From Hydrurus foetidus (lineage: Eukaryota): 46,223 nt of DNA. The position numbers were made by a program, and so were the translations under genes. The stretch covers positions 1-46,223 of the forward strand of contig UYFQ01000606.1 in assembly GCA_900617105.1 (NCBI GenBank), in the 5' to 3' direction. A model generated the notes under the pieces. The model did no database searches, was not told the origin of the DNA, and saw nothing but the letters and a program-made list of their open reading frames with translations. This document shows positions 10,851 through 23,900 of the stretch, piece by piece (the stretch's first letter is position 1; the number at the start of each line of letters is the position of its first letter).

Positions 10851-12529
10851 AAAAGAAGATAAAGTTAAGTCTATAGTATCAGAGATATCATAACAATGAT
10901 TATCTAATCCACTACAAACTCTACACAATTTATTATTAGTTTTAGTTATAAATTGTGTTAGTTTATGAGAAATTATAATGCGGCGATTGACAAAATTGCC
11001 AGCAAAAGAGCCGGTGTCCAGAAGAGTAAATACTCTATCACTTTTTCCCAACAACGGCTCCTGTGAAAGAGGAGAGATGTAGAAAGGGATCAGCTCTGGA
11101 TCATCGGAGAGAGTAGATGATGAGTTGAGATTGCATAGTTGCTCACCTTTGTGTTTCTTCGAAGGATGTGTCGAATCTGCTGTTGAAGTAGCAGACCTTG
11201 ACGAAGAAGAGGAGGAGGAAGAAGACGAAGAAGAGGTTGTCTTAGGCAAAGTCGGAATGAACTGAGCCTTCGGATCAACTTTCAACAACTGCTTATGACC
11301 CTCAGAGTTGAGATAGGGAGCGTCTGTACTGTTATAGTACGGAGACGAAGTGTAGAAACACGTGGCGACTACATGGCCGAGTCTCCCACAACCTGTGCAC
11401 ATAGGTCGTGGAGGCCTATCAGACTTTTCAGCCTGCACAGATTGCTCGTCTTCACGTTGACGCTTTTTGATTTGCGAATCAAGTGAAGAACGAGGTTGGG
11501 CTTTGATCTGGCGAGAGTTACTGCCATACAAAGGTGTGACATCAATGAAACGCAAAGCATCAATTGATTCACGAAGTTTTGCTAACTGCGCCAGCCATAC
11601 GAATCGAAAATCTTCGATCGTGATGAGTCTAGGCGTAGTGTCGTCAAGACAACGTTGTAACACTGCTCTCCAATTGACAGGTTCGACTGGCAACTTCTCA
11701 ATGAGAATTTTTGTTGCCTGAAGTTGGAGAGCAGGTGTCACATCAGGGAAGGCATCAACAATATCAGCTAAAAGTTGATCTGTCTTATCTTCAACTGATT
11801 TGTTCTTCAGGTCGAATTGAAGTGCGACCTGAGAAACTGTTTCAATGAAACTCAGCTTGTCAGTACGATTGACAGCTGATGTAGGAATTGTGATATTTAA
11901 TTCTCTACAAAACATTTGATTCGTCCAATGCTTCCAACCGTTACACGCATCACGACGAGTTGGATTCGTCGCGAATTTACGCTTGAGAAGCGTTGTGAAC
12001 GATTGATGGTTTGAAGCATGAACGACATCAATTGGTCGAAACGGAGTTCCATTTGAAAGTAGAACCTCCGTAACTCGTAAGACTTCCTGTCGAGAGGGCA
12101 TGGCGCTCAACTTAGGAGCTCTCTCACCCGTCTGCACATAGTGCTGAGGTGGTGCCATCGAACGTGGAATCTCAGCCGAGGCTGGTGTCGCAGACGAATC
12201 TGGTATCTCAGCCGAAGCTGGTATCTCAGCCGAAGCTGGTGTCTCAGCCGAAGCTGGTTGCAATGATAAAGCATTCAACGCAGAAATGACAGGGACATCA
12301 ATGGCAGACATGACCGCAGGCTCCGAATTCCGCTGAGGAATCGGTGCAGACAGGTCGCCGGCGGGGTCCTGAGCCGCAGGTGGCCCAGGAGACTCGAAAA
12401 TATCTCCCCACGATTATGATGCTCGTCGTAGCGTTGTCGGAACGCGACGGCAACAGCTCGAGGTGGCTGCTGTTGTCGTCGCAAAGTGTTGATGGAGGTG
12501 GTCTTGTTTCCCTGACGTCGGAGCGCCAT
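10839..12529 (-). CDS. gag: Gag-protease of Gypsy 2 (probable start MALRRQ at ~12529; frameshift near 12300)
   Basis: Zinc knuckle CTGCGRLGHVVATC, aspartic protease motif LLDTGS, and PASAE(T/I) repeats at the N-terminus (~12170-12260). Confidence 0.9.
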
Positions 12530-12623
12530 AATATGTCGGATGTCGGAGAATGAAGACGAATAAAATAAGTTTGAGAAGAAAATTCTCAAGAAAAAACTTT
12601 GGTAGGAGACCAAATATCGATAT

Positions 12624-12885
12624 TGTGGTCGACGGTGGGGCCTAGGACGTCGGAGCTGTTGGTGGCTGGTACGGTGGGCAAGCGGTGGAGCAAGAGGAAG
12701 CGGAAGTCGGTAGAGAAGACTTATGTTAATATCTTACAGTTGAATATATACAAGTGATGTGTACGCTAGTGCACTCACATCATACATAGAACTAAGACCT
12801 AAAAGTGGAATCTGGGCGTAGTATACCTATTGTACCTAGTTAACCTAGACACATTGTATCCCCTTAGGAATGCAATAAGGCTACA
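12624..12885 (-). repeat. 5' LTR of Gypsy 2
   Basis: Direct repeat of 7165-7426. Confidence 0.97.
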
Positions 12886-13159
12886 ATGGGAGAATGAAAT
12901 AGAGAACTCCCACAATGACAAAGAAGAGCAAGCTATGCTCGACCGTATAAGAAGAAGAGTTGTAAAGGCGTCAGAGAACAATGAAGACTACAGTGATGTG
13001 GGGTGCTTGTATGCTAACATTAATAATATTGCTTACGCCAGCTCCTTAGATGATGTCGAAGTCGAATATTCAGATAAATTTGAACAGTTGCGCGATAAAC
13101 TTGTTAATCATTTAAAGTGTCAGTACCTTGATGGAAAATTGCATTGGATTAAAATTTAA
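12886..13159 (+). pseudogene. Harbinger transposase C-terminal segment with natural stop
   Basis: WENEIENSH...CQYLDGKLHWIKI*; identical to the sequence from ~5515 onward and continuing to the true stop. Confidence 0.9.
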
Positions 13160-13179
13160 ATATTATTTACGCTTCTAAT

Positions 13180-15098
13180 TTAAAAAGAATCTCTTTCTTC
13201 ATCATCATCACTACAAGTATCAGGGCGTTGCATGATAGCAGTTTTCAGTTTAGTGACCCATGATCCAACAAGGTAGAGATCACGGATATTCCTACTATCA
13301 ATTTCCCTCAAAGCATCGTAATCATCTGCTGCAGTTTGACAATCAAGATTATCAGTATCCAAGTAACCATCCTTATTAGAATGCCCATATACACCGTGTA
13401 AGTACGTATTAATCTCTTCCCAGTCCATGTTGTCATATTTGTTGGCCTTCTTAACAACCTTCTTCGTGTTCCCCATTGGCACTGTCTTCAGCACAACTTT
13501 AGCAACAGTAGGCTTAAGTATAGGTGATTCATTGAACTCATGTATTTGTGTGCTATCATCGTAATCAAAGCTGTTCTCCTCACGTATCTCCATCCGAGAT
13601 CCTCTATGGGGAGATGAAAAGGTCAGAGGTGTCAGATCTGCTTCCTGATCGGACTGTGAAGGAAGTGGCATTATTGCCAGCGGTTGCGTCGGTAGAGCTG
13701 CTGTAGAAGGTGGTAGGACAGTATTGAGTGTGCCCAAGAGTCTCAGTCTTTCTCTCCGAAGGTACAGTGCCATCAACTCCCTAGCTTCCGCCTAAAAATG
13801 TATAAGACATTTAAATCAGAATTTTTTTGCCAGAGCTTCGCCTTGTTGCAAAATAGAGTAATAGTTGCAACATCAATCACAAATGAAAAAATAAACACTT
13901 CATGTTCAGAAAAAAGTTGGAGGAAAATACTGAATACACGTACAAATACACGTACATACAGTACCTTCTCTTCATCTGTTGTCGCATACTCTAGCTGTAA
14001 TCGAATCTGTAATAAATCATCCTGACGCATCGATATGGCACACTCACTCTGTTGAAGGATTATCTGAGTGGATTTGAGTGTGTTGCTGTCGGATTGGACC
14101 TTGGTTGTAGCTTTGAGATCAATTTCTTGTTTTCTTTGATCAACCCTTCCGACCGGTTTTTTCTTCAGCTCGATGAATTTTGGCCCGTCACTGATGGCTT
14201 CTGTAACCCACAAATCCGAAGCTTCTCCTGATGGAGGTCCATATGTGATCCAGGCGACCCACTCCATGGGGTACCACTTCTCCCAGTCATCTTTAGGTTT
14301 GATGGTTGATGAGGTGGAGTTTTTGATGGCGCTTGAGGTCGAGCTCGAAGATGAGCTCGAAGTAGGCCAAGCATTCGATTGGGACGAGTTCGTTGTTAAG
14401 GAAGTTTTAGATGAGTTCAAGGGATCATCGACATCATCGGTTGGATCATCGTTCGCACTTTTTCCACGAAGAGAGAAAGCTTCCCTCCGAACTTCAGCTA
14501 GCACATCTTCCTCTGTTTTCCCAGAAGGGATGCCATCTTTCATAATCCTAGTAAACAAGAGACCGTTAGTGAAGATTATCCAGTAGAGTGTGCAGAGAAC
14601 TCTTCAATACCTTTTGTAAATAGGTGTCAATGTGTTATTGATGTAGGACTTCATCGTGCTGTACTTTTTCCTCAATTTTTCACCGTTCAAAGTCTCGGTT
14701 GCTTTGCTAGTTCCCACCGTCAGAAAAATCAAAGGAATCTTGCTCACACGACTCCCAAGAATTGGATGAATGCGCATTGTTTCGTAGAAGACAGGGAACT
14801 CTTTGACGAAAATAGTCTCCTGGAGACCTTGAGAGCAAGTAGCCTTCATCTGGACGTAGAGCCCGCATTTGCAGATGATGAGGCCTTGGATTTGCTTTAT
14901 TTCGGATATCCACATCTTGAATGTCTTCTGCTCATTTGCGTCTAGGATGATGGAATTGTCCCTGACGGTAGCTGTGTTTGACCGTGTTGAAGGCGAATGA
15001 GGCAACGAATGCGTGGGCTGCTGAATAGAAACTTTAGAAACTTTCGCCTTGACCTTTTTGGCAGGCTTTGCAGCCTTCACATCCTTCACTTTCACCAT
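13180..15098 (-). CDS. Harbinger accessory DNA-binding protein (Myb/SANT- or NAM-associated-like), 3 exons
   Basis: Tail-to-tail with the transposase. GT-AG introns at ~14549-14610 (branch site CACTAAC; joins YKR|IMKDGIPSG) and ~13793-13964 (joins EEK|AEARELMAL). The segment LRKKYSTMK...GIPSGKTEED resembles Harbinger ORF2 proteins. The start MVKVKD is inferred. Confidence 0.75.
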
Positions 15099-15206
15099 TT
15101 CTTGATGATAGAGTTTATGATATCTCACTCTGATTGTGAGGTCAATGCGCTTTTGGATAGACAACTTCTCAAAAAAAAAGAGGCTTCATTTTTGAATATT
15201 TTCGGC

Positions 15207-15338
15207 CATCCAAAAAATAAACGCAACTGTTTTTTTTGGATGCATCGTTCTGGATGGTTAAGGAGTGCCTTGAAGACAAAAATTATCCAAAAAAATTGAT
15301 TTGGATGAATTTTTTGGATAGGTTAAGGAGTGGCCTTA
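15207..15338. repeat. Right TIR/subterminal region of the Harbinger with TTA target
   Basis: GGTTAAGGAGTG(G)CC occurs twice (15256-15269 and 15321-15335), with multiple TTGGATG/ATCCAAAA motifs and TTA at 15336-15338. Confidence 0.7.
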
Positions 15339-18300
15339 GGGTGCATAAATAGTAGAGAAGATACTGTAGATGATAAGTGTTCTTGAGCAATTTCTACCTG
15401 TCTAGACGTAACATGTTTTCTCAATGTCGTCGTCACCATGATAATTGATTTGCAGTATAGTATCACAACCACTGATTTGCTGAAAAATTTCGAGATGATA
15501 TCTGGAGTATCGTACGGTGGATTGGGCACGAACAAAGAAGTGCACGTGTCAATTGTGCGGCTACAGACAAAGAGCAATTTCTTCTACGTTTTGTCTTTAA
15601 TTAATCTCGATGTATTTGATATGGGCCAAACTCGAGTGAAAAAGGGGAGAAAAGTTGTTCTGAAAAATCAAGACATTGTCATCTAAAATAATTCCTGTAG
15701 TCCTAGTGGTATCGCACTAAGAAAACAATAATCATGATTAAATCAATCTGCGTAACTTTTACCTTTGAAAAAAGGTTTTCATATACTGCGGCATTTTTGC
15801 AGGGTAGAGTAAATGTAAAAAGTAAATGACATTGCATATTTAATATAATGGCAAGTAGCTCAACTAGTGAATCTGCGCTAATGTTCCTAGTTTTTCTTAT
15901 TCTATGCAATCAGTGATGTTTCGAAAAATGACAAGATAGACAGTTGGAAGTCATGAAACAGAAACAGCTTATTAGTGGGGATACGAAAGTGATAGGGAGA
16001 GCATTGGTTCGTCATGTAACGCGCTGACAGAAAACTGTAGATGCAAGTCTAAAATGTGCGGACATGAGAGTGACACTTTTGCTTTATGTGTTTTTCTTTC
16101 AAATCTCGCGGTAGAAGATTCGCCGGACTTTAACCATATTCCGTCGACATGTAGAAGATCCTTTTGCTCCGTTGTTCATCATTCAAAAGTGCGCAGACCT
16201 CATGTTTATGGAAGCTACCACTCGATGTATATTTAGGGGGCAATCCGGTGACAGAGATCTCACGTCTAACACGTTCCCCCACATTTTACATTTTAGGTTT
16301 TAGGTCCTTTCCTAGTGGCGTACAAAATACAAAATACAAAATGTATGATTTAACAACTGACAACTGATCGATTGGAAGTTTGAAATTTGATTGATTTTTG
16401 CTACCTATTGTTGCATTTACTTCGTTATCTTGTAAGCGTTTGGAAGTTCTGGACCATCCAACAACCCAGCCATTGTTGATAACTAGAACATTTCATTCTT
16501 GGAGGCGGAATATTCTTTTTGAATCAACATAGTTATTGTGGATTCAGCTACTTGCGGCACTATGTTCTGAGGGCTGGAAATAGCAAGTTGATCTACACAG
16601 CCGCACATAATGTTTCTGCCATGGTTATTCTACATATTATCGATGCTGTCTCCAATTCGTATTGATGCTCGAGCCATTTGTTACGCTGGTAAGTCGCCAA
16701 TTATTGCACTAGTATTATATCTTGAGATGCAGTTATGAGATTTGAGCTATATGAACCCAGAACAATTCTTTAATGTTGCGATCAATGTTCGAGAAAAAGG
16801 GTGATGTCGTCATCGGTAATATTTGGTTCTATCACTTTGTGCTGCGCTCAACCTTGATCGCATTGACAACCCTCGGTGGTGTGAAGCGCCTGCCAAGTTC
16901 CTCGTTTGCATTCTCACATATACTATAACTCTTGTGTATCCTACGCTTGTTCTGCTTTGGGACATTCACTTTCATCGATGTCTTCCGAGTAAGACTGTAT
17001 TTGAACAGACCGATCTCACGCCAAATATTTCGCCCTTCGTTCTTGTACTATTCCGTGTGTAATAGGATCTGGTGGATTTCAGACGCTCACCAACGATTGC
17101 AGCAATTTAGATCCTTCTTACAATGGAACGTGGTTTTGCTCCAAAGTCTTGGTGAGGATGAAATATGGCGCTATTATTTGGAAATATATTAGTGTTCTAT
17201 GTATACAATTTTTATATGTGAACATGATTATTTTATCATATATGTATATTATTTAGAAGATTCAAATATAAGGATTTCCATTACTTTCTTAGTATTTTAG
17301 AGCGGACACTTCAAGCGATGTTAATCTAATCAATAGAGTACATTTTATTAGATGTGCGAACGGTTTTTGAATATCTCCCCATTGAAAAGAGGAGGGAGAA
17401 ACTGCGTATTCTCAAGGTACGATGTGGCTCCTAAGAAGTTTGCATTTAGTTTGTAAATCGCAATTAAGCTTATTACATTGTGCCATGAGTTAATAATTAA
17501 GATGTAATCGTTACGATTTCTAGCTTAATCAGCTGAATTTGATTTGATTTTATCATATTTGATTTTGTTTTGCCCTTTCTTAATTAGATAATTAAAACTT
17601 ACACTCGGTAGTCATTTTTCGACATGATCACCATCTCCATTCCCATGACCTCTGCACTCATCTTCCTACACGTCCTTCTGTGTGTGTGTGTGTGTGTGTC
17701 CTGATATTTGACGTTCCATTTATAGAGGCTGCGCTTATGAAGAGGAATGTCTGAACACAAACACGGGCAAACCGTACGACGGAGAAGTAGTGCAGGTAAG
17801 ATTTTCATAATATTTAGGCTGCTGTACAACTAATGACATTGTGATAACCCTTACGTGATAGCCCAACATACAGATTATCTCGTAAATCAGTAAATGATAG
17901 CAATTTTTCCACGTTAAACTCCTTGCTAACATCAAGTGAACTACGACTATAACGGGCAATCACATTCAGAAGAACTGCAGTCTCTGTCAGAGAGGCACGT
18001 TTCTCTTCTCTTCCCTATATCTTATCGCCTTCCAATTGTTGATGTTCTTAATGAGCCTATTCATCTTTTGTCCCTTACTGCTGAGATGTTGTGTATCCAC
18101 CTTAGTTTTCTTTATGTGTCGAAAGTAACTTAGCTTGACGTCCATCTAATTTTGTCCATCTCACATATTTCATCCTGCATCACTCTATGACTGTCCTTGT
18201 CAGACCATCTTAGACCATCTTGTGCTGTCTCTTTACACGCAATATCACACCACGCTGCACTACCCCACCTCACCTCACACCATCTCGCACTACACCATCC

Positions 18301-20936
18301 CGCACTACATCTACCCTCACACTACACCGCACTGTACGTACGTGTCATGCACCTAACAGTCGAGAGGACTGATGCCAGCAGGCATGAAGATCCAGCCGTA
18401 CTGCTGCCAGTCCCCTGTATTCCCTCCCGATGAAACCGGCGTGAAGTACGAGTACATATGCAATGCAGCCACCAGCACGAGGACATACAGCATTGCTCTT
18501 ATTCTTATTATCGCGTGTGTCACTGCTGTGTGCGCAATCTACTGAAATTCAAGTCGCAGTTGAACAAAGATGTAAAGCAACAAACTGAACTCAATTCGCA
18601 GAATAGGAGTGGCTGTGATGGGATTCATAGAATAGGAAGGGAAAGAGTGCGATAGGAGAGGATGAATTATAATGAGGTAGCTGAGTTTCAATATGTCGAT
18701 GGTCTGACATGATTTATCGGATTAAATCGGATCGGCTCAGTCCCGTCTTTCCGAATCCTTTCAGTTCCTCATGGTGATTCTCAAATATCAAATATGCGCG
18801 ATGAGAAACAGAAGTACGAACTCGTACGTTCAGACCGTTACGTACATTCGCTCCACTACTGTACACCATACACTCCTCTTTTGTTACATTATCTGGAACT
18901 GAAAGCCTTCAAAAGTGCACCGTAGCCTGAAGCTGGTATAAACTACTAGTCCGATCCCATCACTTTCAACGTCTATTGACTCGATTCAGATTAAAAGGAA
19001 TAGAAACTAATTATTTTGTTGCCAATTGGCCGCTTTTATAAATTAAGACGTACTGTACTTTCTGTACGTATAGTACATGTACTTACTCATCCAGTACATG
19101 TCTACTTGATTACGTCTCATCTGAGTAGTACTTTTGTATTTACGTTTATTAATAGTGCACACATTTTGAATTTGAATTTCGTTATTTCCGAGAAGATGTG
19201 TGGATGCAGTGAACAGGGTGTAACAAAATATGATTGGATGGGGTCGGTGGATTTCTTGTCTAAATGAGATAGAATGGGATGAAGTGAACTTGATGGGAGA
19301 ACTATCTCATGCTATAGGATTGCATTATACCGTAAGTGAAGTACAACTCATCAAATCAAGAGGGTGAGGAGGAAGGAATGATTCTACAGAACTCAGCTCC
19401 GCTCTAGCCAGACATAAATAAAAATAAAAAGAAGAGGGGAGTACCTGTGAAGTGTATTGTAGCAAGGCAGCGTAGAATCTGACGGAGGGTCCACAATGGC
19501 TACACCAACAAGTGCTGATACCCAACCGTACCTCATTTTTTACGCGTAGTGGCTACACGTCTGTGTGAAGCATGGAGAATTTCTCATCGTCATCGTCCTA
19601 GAGGAGAGTTGCTCTTCGGAATGTTTCGATGACGAAACTGGTCATTCTTCAGATGGTGCCTCTCACGTTCCACTTCCTGTCTCCTTGCTAGAGGTGCTCA
19701 AGTTTGACTCTCCATAGTAGACAATTGTCCATAGCCGTCATTCACAGCACTGATGTGCCTTTTACCTCTCATACTCGGTCTCTATTCTCTCAGTGCCGTG
19801 TTTTCAGTCGCCTTTACAGTGCCTCAAGTGCAGCACTATGAAACACTTTCTCTGTATTTCTTTGATCATTATTATACAAAAAATGAAAAACATACATGAA
19901 CTTACCGAAAACGGGATAAGCGAAACGATAGTAGAAATCTTGGAAAAAAGAGAAAGAGATGGAGACAAAAAAAAGAGAAAGAAAGGCAGAAACAGATTTG
20001 TGGTGATAGAAGAATTGGCGCAGCAATTTATCTGCTCCTACACGTCAAATGGACACGTTACGCGTATATTATAGTGCGACAGTCAGTCGATTAACATGTT
20101 TCACGCCCAGCTGTGTGGTATGGTAATGAGCAACATTTGGAAGCAATTGATAAATGAGTGTATATGTGAGCTATAGGATTGGGGGCTGGTAGTGTTCGAG
20201 AGTAAATGTCCTGATGTTTCGTTACTGTTGTACCTATTTTATAGTAATGAGAATACTGTACTTGTTCAACGCCACAATTGTGTGACGGCCAATCGCGAAG
20301 AAGTGAGTGAAGAATTAAGTTGAGTCAATTTGATATCAATTAGTGGCCCTATTGCTTATCATTTTCATCATTTCCTTCCGATTTATTGTATTATGTTTGA
20401 TGTTGTTTCAGAAAATCATACTCCCTTTACATTACTATGATGATTTGTTCGTTTGTATAATTTCATAAGATTGAGATTTGACAGCTGTTGTGGCAATTTC
20501 ATTTGATTTTTACATTATGTTGACACAAGTGCACGTTTTTGAATTCTAATGGTGTGTGTGTGTGTGTGGGGTCAACTAATTTGTTAGCATGTTTGTACGG
20601 CTCCGTACAACTGTGTTTCTGTTTTTTGTTTGTCGGCTTTTTTTCAGGTCTGTTTGTTTTTATGCACAACTATTTATCTGTCTGTCTGTCTGTTTTATTT
20701 TCGTATACATAGTGTTAATAAGCAACGTGCACATATATTACATTTTCTCACAGTGTCTCTTCACTGTGAATCATTATTGGTTTTTAATTTAACTTTTTTG
20801 AAGTCGATTACCTTTCTATTAATAAGGGACTTCGTGTCATTTAACTTCAACCTCTATCGTATATCGTACCACATCCTTTTCAATGCTGTGTCACTTCTTC
20901 GCGTTAAAAATACACATAATACCGATTAACTTGTTC

Positions 20937-23900
20937 TTATTTGGTCAATCTGATTTGCTCCACAAGCGCTGTGACTGCCTTCTCCAATTCCTCAACAAGT
21001 AGTTTGCCGCCATGTACCGCCAACGCCTGAGTGAGTGTCTCGTCGTTCACAATAATGCTGGAAGGATTCATCATATTAGATGCTGCATTACGACAATGTG
21101 ATGCAATTCCTCCGTAATCCCTGCTGCTGTTCTTGCTGAATGAATATCGCACTCCCCTTCCCACACTATTCAGTGCATGTCCATGTGTCCACCCTTGTCC
21201 CCTGGGGGATGGAGACTGAGGTATGGGACAGCTCTTGCCACGCTGGAGATACGTGTTCTCAATTTCACCGTATGTTGCCTCTTCCTCTTCCTCTTCTTCT
21301 CCACAGGTACCATTGCTACTGCCGCTTGTGCTACCCATATTACCCACACAAACATCCCCTCCTCTATCCCCCCCTCCTCCTTCTCCTCTACCCCCTCCCC
21401 TATCCACTCCATCCCTCCCACCTAGTCTGTTCGGATCATCGTTTTCATGCTCTGCACCGATGCGCATCACACCGTCATGACTGCTGCGACTTTTAGGAAC
21501 AAATAAAACGGAGCGGGCTATGGGCTTCGGGTGGGAAATCGGAACAGTATGGGACGGAATGTGGGGTCCAAGATCCGCGTTCGGTCTTGCTGGCACTGGA
21601 CCTTGATCGAATGAGTGAGAGAAGCGAAGAGAAGATTACATTAGAATAGTACAGATGGATGAATGAGTAATTGATAGATAGATCCACGGATGGATAGATG
21701 AGGGATATGTGCATTTATTTGTGTAATTAATTAGTGACGTTGATAATAGCAAATAGGGCAGAATAAAATACGAAACTGACTGTCATAGTTATCGAAAGCT
21801 TGAGGCGAACAGGGATATGATGGGTGGTACCTTTATCAATGGCAGGAGTGTCGGTTCCATCCTCCCCACTGCCCCGCTCTCCATGATCGGATTTAGAGAG
21901 ACACATCGACATAGACATGGAGTGATTAAAAGGACAGCCAAGCTCAATGGAGGAAGAGGACGAAATAGCAGGGAAGAAGTGAGAGGGATTAACCGGAGAT
22001 CTCTGAGGTGATAGAGAAGAAGGGAAGGGGAGTTGAGTTGTTGTATTGCCAGATGCGGAGGGAGAGGAGGAGGAGAGGTTGTGTATCGGACGGGGGTTTC
22101 TTATGTTCTGTCTGTGTAGTCCGTGTGTGTGCGATCCTATTCCCATTTGTCTGTTCCAATGCACCACGACCTTCAAGAAATATCAAGGGGTGGGGATGGA
22201 TGTCGTGGGTTACCGATGAGGAATTGGGTAGAATAAGCATTATGGGATTGATACATATGAGAGAATTAAAATTCAATAGTTCAGAGAATAGGTACCGTGC
22301 AGTAGTGGAAATGGACGAAGAAGGGTGATTACAGGAAACAGAGTATGAGGCCGTAGAATGCGTGGGTAGGGGAGGGATATTTTGAAGTGCAAATGGAGCG
22401 TATAAAACAGAAAAGGATATCGTGAAGCAGGGAAGGGAGCAGAATTATAAGAAAAGAAATTATTCAGAATTTGAAATGAAGCAGAAAAGAGAAGGAAGAA
22501 GAGCAATATTTTTGAAGTTGAAATATATTGAAGCAGTAGAAAGGGATGGACTTGGGGAGTTACCTGCACTGCATGTTTGACAGCGGCGTGAAGGGGTGAT
22601 GGCTGGTCAGGCGAAGAAGGGCTCATGGCTGTGCCGATGTCATGCAAAGACAGACCAGCAGCGACACCTATAAGCCAGATAGAATGGTAGAGAATTGGAG
22701 AATAGTTAGAGGATAGAAGAGGATCTAGTAAAGGACACAGTATACAATAGGCGTGTAGTGACAGGTAGTTTAGTGATAGTATGTATATCCCAGCAGCGCA
22801 GTAGTGTAATGAGATGTCAGACAGAATAATTAGATTTCAAGGCTACCGCGTAACATAGCATTTCCAACATTACCGTACCTAGCTGTAGCATGAGAGTGCA
22901 CACTCGTAATGTGAGTAGACTGGTCTCCGGAATAGCGGCACCTAAACAAGAAAGGGAGTTACAGAACGAATTATTGAATGGAAGAAAAAGATAAGATGGA
23001 ATGACTTTACACAAGATGACATGACACGACATGGCGAGATTTCCTCAGACAAAGACGGAGTTTTATCACTTATTCGTGACAGCCAGATGAGTGTCATCAC
23101 ACCACACCAAAAAAATGGCTCGGAACCGGGCATATGTGACAGAGAGATTAGAAAAATAAATACATGAAATATATGTAAAAAAGACAGGAAGAGAGCTGCA
23201 CTGCATTGCACTGCACAGAATTCTGTTGACTCGCTCACCTACAGTTCTTCTCAACAACTCCACGTCAGCTTTGTAGTCTAGAGAAGCGATGTACTGGCGC
23301 ACGTGCTCAGGTACAGGTGCTGAGTGAAATGGTATTGAGAGCAAAAGAGAAAGGTGAGAAGTGAAGAGAGAAGTCGAGAGAAAAGTTGAAAAGAAGATAC
23401 TTCAAGATGTAGTGACTTTCCGGTGTCAAGACGTTAATATAAATAATGGAAGGCGAAGCAGGCGTCAACATGATGTGCTAAGTGTTCAATGCAGAACATA
23501 ACACTTGCAACTCATGTGTACCTTTTGCTTGAGACCAATTAAGCCAAATAAAGGCAGTGTCGGACATGTGCAGTACATGCGGTAAACAATACCCATGATC
23601 TATCGGAACTAGCCGGGATTTAGCGGGGAAGCGGGGAGGACGGTTGACAGGAGGGGAGGGGGTAGTGTTCTCCTTGGAGACCATTTGACGGTCGAAGAAG
23701 ATTTGGAGTGATGTGGACATCATCGGGGCACTAGACGCTGCGGATGAGGCGGACCAGTCGCGATCACATGAAAAAGAGATGGGAGGACAGTGCGTACTGG
23801 TGCGGGAGGGGGGGAAGGAGTTCGAGGGAACGAGACGGGCTGTTGAGTGCGAAGACATTGCATTCACAGCAGAGCTTCTATGTTCACCCCAACCGTCCCT

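Larger units (their letters stand above)
7165..12885 (-). mobile_element. Full-length chromodomain-bearing Gypsy (chromovirus-like) LTR retrotransposon 2, 5721 bp
   Basis: Two 262-bp direct repeats with TG...CA ends, a PPT next to the 3' LTR, and the domain order gag-PR-RT-RH-IN-chromodomain. Confidence 0.97.
2148..15335 (+). mobile_element. PIF/Harbinger DNA transposon (left boundary uncertain), rearranged and carrying the Gypsy 2 insertion
   Basis: Convergent transposase (+) and Myb/NAM-like gene (-). The right end is GGTTAAGGAGTGGCC (15321-15335) followed by TTA, the Harbinger-type 3-bp target. TTTGGATG/CATCCAAA subterminal motifs occur at 15207-15320 and again at 2148-2260. No matching left TIR is seen in the window. 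Confidence 0.7.

Noticed and set aside
8200..10860. Programmed ribosomal frameshifts in Gypsy 2 pol
   Set aside because: The breaks fall inside domains at homopolymers and are too numerous; indel errors or mutations are more likely.
17679..20567. (GT)n microsatellites at ~17679 and ~20552, and purine/pyrimidine-skewed tracts
   Set aside because: Ordinary simple repeats and intron composition.
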